NCBI GenBank assembly: GCA_035295165.1
Contig: DATGJN010000033.1
Coordinates: 27,959-91,958 of the forward strand
Source: a bacterium
Lineage (GTDB): Bacteria; Sysuimicrobiota; Sysuimicrobiia; Sysuimicrobiales; Segetimicrobiaceae
DNA: 64,000 nucleotides
Direction: 5' to 3'
The position numbers were made by a program, and so were the translations under genes. Under the pieces are notes generated by a model. The model ran no database searches. It was not told where the DNA came from and worked only from the letters and a program-made list of their open reading frames with translations. Each line of letters opens with the position of its first letter. Position 1 is the stretch's first letter. Shown here one piece after another: positions 8,825 through 16,976 of this stretch.

Positions 8825-9235
8825 CTACGCGACGTAGACCATCCACAGCACACCGAAACGGTCCGCGACCATGCCGAACCGCGAGGAGAAGAACGTCTTG
8901 GTCAATGGCGCCTGCACCCGCCCGCCGTCGGCCAGTGCGCCAAATACCCGCTCGGCGTCCTCATCCTTGGGCACTGTCAGCGACAGCCCAAAGCCCTGAA
9001 ACGTCGGACGCCCAAGACACTGCCCGTCGGACGCCAAGATCTGCGTCTCCCCCACGCGGAACGCCGCGTGCATGATCTTGTCCGCGCTGTCGGCCGCGAC
9101 CCGTTCGCGCTGGCGGGCGTCGGGATTGTCCTTGAACCGAATGAGCGCCGTTACCTCCGCGCCGAGCGCGCGGCGGTAGAACTCGAGCGCCTCCTCACAC
9201 CGGCCATCGAAGAACACGTAAGGCTGAACCTGCAT
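8825..9235 (-). CDS. VOC/glyoxalase family protein (PhnB-like)
   Basis: ATG at 9235 with GGAGGTG upstream; MQVQPYVFFDGRCEEALEFYRRALGAEV... typical of the PhnB/3-demethylubiquinone-9 methyltransferase-like VOC fold. Confidence 0.75.
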   Translation of the reverse strand: MQVQPYVFFDGRCEEALEFYRRALGAEVTALIRFKDNPDARQRERVAADSADKIMHAAFRVGETQILASDGQCLGRPTFQGFGLSLTVPKDEDAERVFGALADGGRVQAPLTKTFFSSRFGMVADRFGVLWMVYVA

Positions 9236-9503
9236 GTCACACCTCCGTCTGATGTCGGGGTCGGACCGCCGGATCCGCTTTGGCCCGCCCGTCTCGTTGA
9301 TTCTTCTCCCGCCACATAGTCGACTGAGGGGTCCCAAAATCGACACACGGCTCGGCAATCAACACCCGGCCCCGGGTCCGCCTCTCTTGGTTGGGTTCAA
9401 ATAGTATCTTTGACACTATTGGTGCAACGAACGTGCATATTCCGAGGTTCACGCCCTCGCGCGCACCAACCGCGTCCTTCGGGCCAGCAGATCCGCGTGA
9501 CCA

Positions 9504-11108
9504 CTACCTCTGACCTCGTACAGGGCGACGCGATCGGTCAAACACCGACCTGAGATGGTGGCAAAGTCTCCGCGTCAAGGCGAGAATCGTGAAGGTAGGG
9601 TTGGCATTTCCGCCGGTCGGGAAGACGGAACTGCCGATGACATAGAGATTGGTAACCCCGAACACCTTGCAGTTGACGTCGACGACACCCTGCGCGCTCG
9701 ACGCGGCCATTCGCGTCGTCCCCATATGGTGGTGTGCACCGCTGAGTGCGAATCGAAGGTCGCCGGTGTCCGCGGGATAGCTGATCTCGCCGATGTGATG
9801 GTTCTCAAGCACGTCTCGGAGCAAGCGCAAATACTTCTCGAGTGACGCAAGATCGAACTCCGAAAGCTTCCAATCCACGACGAGGACAGGCTCGTTCAAT
9901 TCGTCCTTCGCGGCTGCAGACAGGCACACGCGACTCTCAGCATCTGGCGCTTGTTCCAGAAAGTGAACCAGTTCATAGTACGGGACCTGCTCGGGCGGTT
10001 TGGGGCGACTCCGTTTGAACGGCCCCATCAGCCGATTGTACACGCGGCGCGGTAGGGGTTTGATCAGATGACCGCCGTCTGGTTTCCTTCGAGCAGGGTC
10101 GGAGTCGTCAGATGCCCTGACCGTCGTTCCACGTACGGGATAGAAGGCCGTGCTGTGATTCGGAAGGCGATGTTCTCGGCGGAACTCTTCCGAAAACGCG
10201 AAATACCGGCTGATGTGTGTATTCCGATGTTCGAGTGCCAATTGTTCTTCCAACTGAACATTCAGCCCCGGGGTGAATCTTCCCCAGATGCCCTTCGGAT
10301 GGTCCATGAAGAACCGCCCAACCAAATCGGAGCGGTTCCCGAGCGCCACATTATCCCGCGTGCGTGAGTTGAGGAGCAGCCTGGCATTCTCAAAGCCGCC
10401 GGTCGCTAGGACGAAGGCCTTCGCATACACCCGACCGCAGTGCCCGCTCAGCGTCTTGGCAACGACGTGACCAATCGTGTCCGGTTCGTTGCCACCGGCC
10501 CCCTTGTCAATGACGAGTTCAACGGCGTTCGCGTTCAAAATGACGGTCACATTCTTCGAGCGCTCCAACGCCGCCCGGACCTCGGTGTTGAAGTTGAGCG
10601 GCGGTATTTGATCGTAGTGGAAATCCTCCGCCTGTTCTCGAAGCCCGCCGCGGCGAAGGCGATTCCGGTCAAACAGCAGCCGAGGAATTTCATAGTCTCG
10701 TGCCACATGAACGTAGAAGGGCAGGAGGTCATGGTACGTCAACGGCCATCCACTGCGGGGCATCCAGTCCTTGCGCTGGAAGTCGTCCGGGGCGTGCGGC
10801 TTCCACTTTCCCGACCAGGCGTTGCTCGTTCCTCCGAACTGCCTGATTCGGGTCTCGTGTCGATAGGCAGGAGGCAAATCCGGCATCAACCGGTCCGATG
10901 TGGCGATGTCCTTCCCGACGGATATGATCCGGTGCAATCGCTGCGCCCCGGCATCGAAGTCCAAGCCTCCCCCCTCGATGACGACAACCGACAACTCCGT
11001 GCCGTCAAACAGCCGTGCCATATCAAGGCCCGCCGCGCCGGCTCCGACGATGCAGAGCTCCGTGTGCATGGCATCGCGCTCGAATCCCTTGCAGGCGAAT
11101 GTGATCAT
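9504..11108 (-). CDS. GMC family FAD-dependent oxidoreductase
   Basis: N-terminal FAD Rossmann motif (LCIVGAGAAGLDMARLF), C-terminal GMC signature (HHMGTTRMAASSAQGVVDVNCKVFGVTNLYVIGSSVFPT). Start uncertain (ATG at 11108 or 11069; the listed ORF extends to 11162). Confidence 0.8.
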   Translation of the reverse strand: MITFACKGFERDAMHTELCIVGAGAAGLDMARLFDGTELSVVVIEGGGLDFDAGAQRLHRIISVGKDIATSDRLMPDLPPAYRHETRIRQFGGTSNAWSGKWKPHAPDDFQRKDWMPRSGWPLTYHDLLPFYVHVARDYEIPRLLFDRNRLRRGGLREQAEDFHYDQIPPLNFNTEVRAALERSKNVTVILNANAVELVIDKGAGGNEPDTIGHVVAKTLSGHCGRVYAKAFVLATGGFENARLLLNSRTRDNVALGNRSDLVGRFFMDHPKGIWGRFTPGLNVQLEEQLALEHRNTHISRYFAFSEEFRREHRLPNHSTAFYPVRGTTVRASDDSDPARRKPDGGHLIKPLPRRVYNRLMGPFKRSRPKPPEQVPYYELVHFLEQAPDAESRVCLSAAAKDELNEPVLVVDWKLSEFDLASLEKYLRLLRDVLENHHIGEISYPADTGDLRFALSGAHHHMGTTRMAASSAQGVVDVNCKVFGVTNLYVIGSSVFPTGGNANPTFTILALTRRLCHHLRSVFDRSRRPVRGQR

Positions 11109-11679
11109 TGAGCCACGGCCGCTGTCAAACGTTCCTCCGTCGCATGAGCGATTCCATAGCATTTCATCGACTACCCGGCGTCGTCACACCGACGACCTGC
11201 GACGTTCCGCCACGTTTCTTTGAGGCGGTTCTATGTGAGCGTTGTGATTCACTCCGGCGTCGGTTGAGCAGTATGGGCTACCTTACGGCTTCAATTGACG
11301 CCTTGTATTCGTCGGAATTGATCGTTCCCGCCTGCTTGTTCAACCCATGGGCTCGAGGGAGACGCTCGGGGGGGCACGCGCGGGCGCTCAGTCGTCGGAT
11401 TCGGCCTCCCGGCAGCGACAGCCCTCATCCGGGAAGCCGCGGGCTGTGCGCGTGCCGGACCGGGACGAACCGGGCGTCCCGAGCATGGAATCGGGGGCCC
11501 GCCCCGGGCGTTCACTTGACTGATATGGGGATGGGCTGCATCTGTACGAGCGCGCACGGCCCGGCGGAGGTGTGTCGCCGGGAATAGCGGTTGGGCGTCG
11601 TGCCCGTGTTTCGATGCAGCATCAGACAGCCGCGGCGCCCGAGACCGCGGCTGCACCATTTTCGGGAGGTGGCGATCGG

Positions 11680-11958
11680 ATGGCGCAGATCTATCTGCCG
11701 ACGCCGCTCCGTCGACTGACTCAGGGTCAGGCGCGGGTCGCGGCCGACGGACGCACCGTGGAGGAGGCGCTGGCCTCGGTCGAGCGGCAATACCCCGGCC
11801 TTCGCGAGCAACTCAGGGATACCTCGGGGGAGGTACGCAGCTTCATCAACGTCTTCGTTAATGGGACGGAGATCCGGTCGCTCCAGGGCGTGGCCACCCC
11901 GCTTCGCGAGGAGGACGAGATCTCGATCGTCCCCGCGATGGCAGGGGGGAGCTCATAA
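11680..11958 (+). CDS. cysO: ThiS/MoaD-family sulfur carrier protein (CysO-like) with a two-residue C-terminal extension (…AMAGG-SS)
   Basis: ATG at 11680 with GGGAGGTGG upstream; 92 aa; beta-grasp ThiS/MoaD pattern; diglycine followed by SS before the TAA stop; clustered with a cysteine synthase and a JAMM protease. Confidence 0.75.
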   Translation: MAQIYLPTPLRRLTQGQARVAADGRTVEEALASVERQYPGLREQLRDTSGEVRSFINVFVNGTEIRSLQGVATPLREEDEISIVPAMAGGSS

Positions 11959-11962
11959 GCGC

Positions 11963-12808
11963 ATGGATGTTTCCGTTCGGCCGCGTCCGCACGCTGCCCG
12001 TTCGTCCCCGGTGCTCCGCGTTGTGGAGACCTCGCGACTGTTCCTGCACGAGGAGGTGGAGTCCGGGCGCGTGGCCCGGTTGTCCGACGCCCTGAGACGC
12101 GATGGCGTGCTGCGCAACCCGCCGGTCGTCGCGCCGATGCCGAACGGCCGCGCCGCCGTGCTCGACGGCGCGAACCGTGTGACGGCGCTGGAGGCGCTCG
12201 GGATCCCGCACGCCGTGGTGCACGTGGTGGACTACACCCGCCCCGAGATCGTCCTTTCGACGTGGCGGCACTACGTCCGCGACCGCGGGCGGCTCGGGCG
12301 GCGCGTGGCGGAGCTGGGTGAGGCCCGGATCCTCCCGGTCGACGCGGTCGCGTCCGGCGAGGCCGACCTCGCGAGCGGCGCGGCCGCCGCGCTCGTGGTC
12401 GACAGGGGCGGGATCGCGCTCCTCGGAGACCGCGGGGGCGTCGCTGCGGCGCTGTTGCTCTCCCGGCTCGTCGCGCTGTACCGAGGGCGTGACGAAATCT
12501 ACCGCGTGGAGCGCGGCGACCTCGAGACGCTGCACGCGGAATACGGCCCCGGTACGCTCGTTGTGTTCCCGTCCTTCTCCAAGGACGATATTGTGCGGCT
12601 CGCGGCCGGCGCGGGACGGTTGCCGACGGGGATCACGCGTCACCTCATTCCTGGCCGCGTGCTCCGGCTCAACACCCCGCTCGACTGGCTCGGCGCTCCG
12701 GCGGACGAAGCACGCAAGCAGGCGGAGCTTGACGCTACCGTTCAGCGCCGCTGGCTCGCGCACGGCGTGCGATATTACGCCGAGCCCACGTTTCTGTTCG
12801 ATGAGTGA
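11963..12808 (+). CDS. ParB/Srx-fold (ParB N-terminal domain-like) protein; candidate free-serine kinase (SerK-like) or other ATP-dependent enzyme
   Basis: ATG at 11963, 4 nt after the cysO stop; 3' end overlaps cysM start by 8 nt. ParB-N-like core VVAPMPNGRAAVLDGANRVTALEALGIPHAVVHVV. No HTH/DNA-binding ParB C-terminal domain recognised. Confidence 0.55.
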   Translation: MDVSVRPRPHAARSSPVLRVVETSRLFLHEEVESGRVARLSDALRRDGVLRNPPVVAPMPNGRAAVLDGANRVTALEALGIPHAVVHVVDYTRPEIVLSTWRHYVRDRGRLGRRVAELGEARILPVDAVASGEADLASGAAAALVVDRGGIALLGDRGGVAAALLLSRLVALYRGRDEIYRVERGDLETLHAEYGPGTLVVFPSFSKDDIVRLAAGAGRLPTGITRHLIPGRVLRLNTPLDWLGAPADEARKQAELDATVQRRWLAHGVRYYAEPTFLFDE

Positions 12809-13751
12809 CGGTCGCTCTCGGGCGCAGGCTGCTGCCGGGCTCAGCGTCTCGCTGTTGGACCGGATCGGAAATACGCCGCTCGTGCGCCTGCGTCGCGTCA
12901 TCCGGGGTGTGTCCGATGCCGTCGAGGTATATCTCAAGGCCGAGTGGCTGAACCCAGGCGGCTCCGTCAAGGATCGGCCGGTGCTCCGGATGCTCGCCGA
13001 CGCCGAACGCGACGGTCGCCTGACTCCGGGGAAGACAATCCTCGACTCCACCTCGGGCAACGCCGGTATCGCGTACGCGATGATCGGCGCGGTGAAAGGG
13101 TATCCGGTGGAACTGGTGATGCCTGCAAGCGCGAGCGAGGAGCGACGGCGCATCATCGCCGCGTACGGCGCGCGGATCACGTTGTCCGATCCGCTTGAGG
13201 GCAGCGACGGGGCGATTCTGCTCGCGCGGGAGATCCACGGGCGAGATCCGGAGCGCTACTTTAAGCCGGACCAGTACAACAACCCGTCGAACTGGCGCGC
13301 GCACTATGATACGACGGGGCCGGAGATCCTTGAGCAGACCGGCGGTCAGGTGACCCACTTCGTGGCCGGCCTGGGCACGACCGGCACCCTCGTCGGCACC
13401 GGGCGCCGGCTGCATGACGCGGACCCGCGCATCCGGGTCGTCGCCGTGGAGCCGGACGCGCCGCTCCACGGGCTCGAGGGGCTGAAGCATATCGTGACCT
13501 CGATCGTCCCGGGGATCTACGACCCGGCCGTGCACGATCGGAAGGTTTCGGTCGCGACTGAGGACGGGTACGCGATGGCGCGTCGCCTCGCCAAGGAAGA
13601 GGGATGTTTCGTCGGAGAATCCACTGGCGCCGCCGTGGTGGGGGCGCTTCAGGTGGCCCACGAGCTTGCGTCGGGCGTAGTCGTGGTTATTGCGCCGGAC
13701 GGGGGCGACCGGTATCTCAGTACGCCCCTGTGGCGCGGCATCACCGCGTGA
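12801..13751 (+). CDS. cysM: PLP-dependent cysteine synthase (CysM-like; CysO-thiocarboxylate/O-phosphoserine-dependent type by context)
   Basis: ATG at 12801; PLP-lysine motif (GGSVKDRPV), TSGNAGIAYA, GTTGT glycine loop. Confidence 0.85.
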   Translation: MSDGRSRAQAAAGLSVSLLDRIGNTPLVRLRRVIRGVSDAVEVYLKAEWLNPGGSVKDRPVLRMLADAERDGRLTPGKTILDSTSGNAGIAYAMIGAVKGYPVELVMPASASEERRRIIAAYGARITLSDPLEGSDGAILLAREIHGRDPERYFKPDQYNNPSNWRAHYDTTGPEILEQTGGQVTHFVAGLGTTGTLVGTGRRLHDADPRIRVVAVEPDAPLHGLEGLKHIVTSIVPGIYDPAVHDRKVSVATEDGYAMARRLAKEEGCFVGESTGAAVVGALQVAHELASGVVVVIAPDGGDRYLSTPLWRGITA

Positions 13752-13911
13752 CCCGTCCGCGGATGCACGATCGCCGGTGGTGCGTTCGAGCCTGCGAACG
13801 CAGATGCTGCTCGGACCGGAGCGCTCTACCCGGCGGGATGTCCCGTTCGGGACCTTCCACGGCGGAACCGATTCGGGTACAATAAGAAGCTAGGTAGGGG
13901 AGTGTTCGCGC

Positions 13912-14385
13912 TTGCCGGTGCGGTTGACACGGACGCAGCTCGAACAAATGGTCGCGCAGGCCCGTGCGGAGGCGCCAAACGAGTGCTGCGGTCTGCTGCT
14001 TGGGACCGGCGACGTGGTGGCCGAGGTCGTCCCGGCGCGGAACAGGGCCGGGGATCCGCCGGAGCCTCGTGACCCGACGCGACACTATCGTGTCGACGAT
14101 CAGGCTCAGCTTAAGGCCATGCGGTTGGAACGGGAGCGGGGGTGGGAGATCGTGGGTATCTACCATTCGCACCCGGCGACTCAGGCACACCCGAGCGCGA
14201 CGGACCGGGCGCTGGCGTTCTGGCAGAGTCCTTGCTACGTGATTATTTCCCTCGCCGACCCGGCTCGGGTCGACGTGCGCGCGTTCCGCATCAGCGACCG
14301 GATCGATGGGAACGGAGCCATCGCCACGGACGAGAATCGGCACCCGATCAGGGACGTCACGGAAGAGGAAGTGGTGGTGACATGA
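13912..14385 (+). CDS. mec: JAMM/MPN+ metalloprotease (Mec+-like CysO-cysteine peptidase)
   Basis: TTG (13912) or GTG (13918) start with AGGTAGGGGAG upstream; JAMM motif E…HSHP…S.TD (ECCG, HSHPATQAHPSATD); N-terminal helix resembles Mec+. Confidence 0.8.
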   Translation: MPVRLTRTQLEQMVAQARAEAPNECCGLLLGTGDVVAEVVPARNRAGDPPEPRDPTRHYRVDDQAQLKAMRLERERGWEIVGIYHSHPATQAHPSATDRALAFWQSPCYVIISLADPARVDVRAFRISDRIDGNGAIATDENRHPIRDVTEEEVVVT

Positions 14386-14810
14386 AAGTCAGTTCCCGGG
14401 CCGAATACGGCATTCGTGCGCTGATCGACCTGGCGCAGCACTACGGCGAGGGACCGGTCCAGAGCCACGACATCGCCCGCCGGCAGGGGCTCCCGGAACC
14501 GTATCTGAACCAGTTGATGACCACGCTCCGTCGCGCCGGCCTTGTTCAGAGCAAGCGCGGGCCGAGCGGCGGGCACGTTCTCGCGCGCCCGCCTGAGCGG
14601 ATCACGATCGGGGAGGCGTTTTTGGTCCTGGAAGGAAGCGTGGCGCCCTGGTTGTGCGTGGAAGAGACGGACGCGCACTGCATTTACGCACCCGGTTGCG
14701 GGCTGCGCCCGGTGTGGCAGGCGGTAAAGGTGGCGACTGAGGAAGTGTTGAATCGCACGACGCTTGCGGATATCGTGCGCCCCGCGCTTGTATCCGCGGG
14801 CGGCGGGTGA
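14382..14810 (+). CDS. Rrf2 family transcriptional regulator with three-Cys Fe-S ligand motif (IscR/CymR-like)
   Basis: ATG at 14382 overlaps mec stop (ATGA); N-terminal wHTH (MKVSSRAEYGIRALIDLA); Cys cluster CVEETDAHCIYAPGC. Confidence 0.8.
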   Translation: MKVSSRAEYGIRALIDLAQHYGEGPVQSHDIARRQGLPEPYLNQLMTTLRRAGLVQSKRGPSGGHVLARPPERITIGEAFLVLEGSVAPWLCVEETDAHCIYAPGCGLRPVWQAVKVATEEVLNRTTLADIVRPALVSAGGG

Positions 14811-14850
14811 GCGGCGGCCTGGCACGCGCAACGTCTGGCGATGGTTCCCA

Positions 14851-14884
14851 GCGGAGGCACCCCGGAGGTGCCTCCGCTGCGTTT
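14851..14884 (+). terminator. Putative rho-independent terminator after the cys operon
   Basis: 11-bp perfect stem GCGGAGGCACC / GGTGCCTCCGC with 5-nt loop, followed by TGCGTTT; lies 40 nt after the Rrf2 stop. Confidence 0.35.
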
Positions 14885-14888
14885 GGGC

Positions 14889-14914
14889 GGAATCGCTTGG
14901 TCGCGATCGGCGTT
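14889..14914 (+). promoter_or_regulatory. SigR/SigH-type ECF promoter (GGAAT-N18-GTT) upstream of the ECF sigma gene
   Basis: GGAAT at 14889-14893, 18-nt spacer, GTT at 14912-14914; about 40 nt upstream of the sigma factor start. Consensus recalled from Streptomyces SigR / mycobacterial SigH regulons. Confidence 0.5.
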
Positions 14915-14954
14915 CTTGCGAATGAATGTGCATGGGGAGCACCAGGAGAACGAG

Positions 14955-15593
14955 ATGAACACCGCGGAGCCGGAGCGCCACCCGGTCGGGCCAGGGGCGG
15001 AGCGGCCATCCGGCGCCATGGATCGGGATGCTCGCGCGCGGTTCGAACGGCTCGTCGGTGAACATCTCGACGGCCTGTATCGGGTGGCGCGCCGCCTGAC
15101 CCGGAATCAGGCGGGTGCGGAGGACCTCGTGCAGGAGGCAATGCTCAAAGCGTGGCGCTCGTTTCACACGTTTCGCGAGGGCACCAACATGCGCGCATGG
15201 TTGTACCGAATCTTGATGAACGCCCACATCGATCGTCACCGTAAGGACGCGCGAACCCCCGAGGTTCTGCAGGAAGAGATCGGCGACGCCTACCTCTACG
15301 CCGGGGCCCGGGAGGGTCTGGCGCTGAGTGAAAACGGGAATCCCGAGACGCAGGTGCTGGACCAGATCATGGATGCGGAGGTTCGGGAGAGCCTCGACGC
15401 CCTGCCGGTGGCGTTTCGCACCGCCGTAATGCTGGTGGATGTGGAGGGTTTCTCCTACAAGGAAGCGGCGGAGATTCTCGGGGTGCCGGTGGGCACGGTG
15501 ATGTCGCGCCTGTATCGCGGGCGCCAAGCGCTTAAGCGTCGGCTGGCCGCGTTCGCGCGGGACCGGCACTTCATCAGCGGAGCGCAGGCATGA
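14955..15593 (+). CDS. ECF (group IV) RNA polymerase sigma factor, SigR/SigH-like
   Basis: ATG at 14955 with AGGAG 6 nt upstream (alternative ATG at 15018); sigma-70 region 2 ([17 protein letters not shown]…[15 protein letters not shown]) and region 4 ([31 protein letters not shown]). Confidence 0.8.
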   Translation: MNTAEPERHPVGPGAERPSGAMDRDARARFERLVGEHLDGLYRVARRLTRNQAGAEDLVQEAMLKAWRSFHTFREGTNMRAWLYRILMNAHIDRHRKDARTPEVLQEEIGDAYLYAGAREGLALSENGNPETQVLDQIMDAEVRESLDALPVAFRTAVMLVDVEGFSYKEAAEILGVPVGTVMSRLYRGRQALKRRLAAFARDRHFISGAQA

Positions 15594-15814
15594 ACTGTCA
15601 CGACGCCGTGGAGAAGCTCTGGCAGTATCTCGACCATGAGCTCGACGGTGCCGCGGTCCCCGAGCTGGAACGGCACCTGCAAGAGTGTCGGGACTGTTTC
15701 TCCAGGGCGGAGTTCGAGCGGCATCTGCGAGCCTTGCTGCGGCGGTCGTGCGGCTGCGAGCAGGCCCCGGCCGGGCTGCGGGCCCGCCTTCACCGACTGC
15801 TAGGAATGTTCTGA
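15590..15814 (+). CDS. Zinc-finger (ZAS-type) anti-sigma factor, RsrA/RshA-like
   Basis: ATGA overlap with sigma stop; 74 aa; C3 plus H-x3-C-x2-C (HLQECRDC) ZAS motif. Confidence 0.75.
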   Translation: MNCHDAVEKLWQYLDHELDGAAVPELERHLQECRDCFSRAEFERHLRALLRRSCGCEQAPAGLRARLHRLLGMF

Positions 15815-15822
15815 GCCGTCGC

Positions 15823-16758
15823 ATGTCCCGGCGTGCGGCGATCGACGTCGGCACCAACTCGGTACGCCTGCTCGTCGCCGAGCTCCCTGCGCGCGACTCT
15901 GCCGCAGCAGATCCACCTGGCGACAGACCGCCGCTCCGTCCGGTGCTTCGCCGCCTCGCCATCACCCGTCTCGGCGACGGCCTGGACGCGGACGGATTGA
16001 TCCAGGAGGACGCGGCCGCGCGAACGGCCGCGGCGGTTCAGGAGTTTGCCGCGGCGGCTGAGGACGCGGGCGCTACGCCCACGGTGTTCGCTACGTACGC
16101 GGTGCGCGCCGCCCGCAACCCCGCGGTGCTGCTCGAGCGGCTCGCCCTTCCGGTACGCGTCCTGAGCGGCGAGGATGAGGCGCGGCTTGGATTCCTGGGG
16201 GCGGTAGCAGGTCTCCGCCGCGGGACTGGTGATGAGCGCTCGCTCGTCCTCGACATCGGCGGCGGGAGCGTCGAGTTAACCCGAGGAACGTCGCAGCGCA
16301 TCGAAGAGACCCACAGCGTCCCGCTGGGATGCGTCGTGCTGACGCAGCGGTTCCTCGCCCACGATCCGCCCCAGGACCGAGAGGTCGCCGCGCTCCGCGC
16401 GTATGTGGCCCAAACGCTCGGGCCGTTGTTGGGCCGGTTTCGTCGGGAGCCCGACGCTACCATCGGCGTTGGAGGAACCATCACCACGATCGCGGCAATC
16501 ACTCAGGGACTCATGCCTTATGACCCCGACCGCGTCCATGGGTATCGACTGGAGTTGACGCAGGTCGCAGGCGCGCTCGACGTCCTGCGCGCTCGTCCAC
16601 TCCAGGCGCGGCGGATGCTTCCGGGGCTTCAACCGGAACGCGCGGACGTGATCATCGCCGGCGGCCTAGTCCTGCACGACGTGCTTGAAGGGCTCGGTGG
16701 ACGCTCGATCGAGGTCAGCGAGGCGGATCTGCTTTGGGCCGTGCTCATGGATCGGTAG
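15823..16758 (+). CDS. Ppx/GppA family exopolyphosphatase / guanosine pentaphosphate phosphohydrolase
   Basis: ATG at 15823; N-terminal ASKHA motif (AAIDVGTNSVRLLVAE), DIGGGSVEL. Confidence 0.8.
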   Translation: MSRRAAIDVGTNSVRLLVAELPARDSAAADPPGDRPPLRPVLRRLAITRLGDGLDADGLIQEDAAARTAAAVQEFAAAAEDAGATPTVFATYAVRAARNPAVLLERLALPVRVLSGEDEARLGFLGAVAGLRRGTGDERSLVLDIGGGSVELTRGTSQRIEETHSVPLGCVVLTQRFLAHDPPQDREVAALRAYVAQTLGPLLGRFRREPDATIGVGGTITTIAAITQGLMPYDPDRVHGYRLELTQVAGALDVLRARPLQARRMLPGLQPERADVIIAGGLVLHDVLEGLGGRSIEVSEADLLWAVLMDR

Positions 16759-16837
16759 ACTAGTCGTTGGGGACAGCGTTGAATCTATCTGGCAGTGCCT
16801 GGGCGTCGGAGAACGGGGTTCTGTGGCGCGAATGCGT

Positions 16838-16865
16838 TTGACACACCCCTGCCTACTGGTATAAT
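16838..16865 (+). promoter_or_regulatory. Sigma-70-type promoter for tRNA-fMet (TTGACA-16 nt-TATAAT)
   Basis: TTGACA 16838-16843, TATAAT 16860-16865; tRNA 5' end 34 nt downstream. Confidence 0.55.
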
Positions 16866-16899
16866 TGGAAATGCACTCTACAACCTCATACGATTGCGG

Positions 16900-16954
<55 letters not shown>

Positions 16955-16976
<22 letters not shown>

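Noticed and set aside
11530-11610. GGAAT motif upstream of cysO as a second SigR-type promoter
   Set aside because: Spacer to the nearest GTT is 22 nt rather than 16-19; not called.
12735-13661. 308-aa minus-strand ORF
   Set aside because: Antisense to the conserved cysteine synthase gene; His/Arg/Pro/Gly-rich; no homology.
14235-15965. 576-aa minus-strand ORF spanning the Rrf2/sigma/anti-sigma genes
   Set aside because: Antisense to three well-supported genes; typical high-GC artefact.
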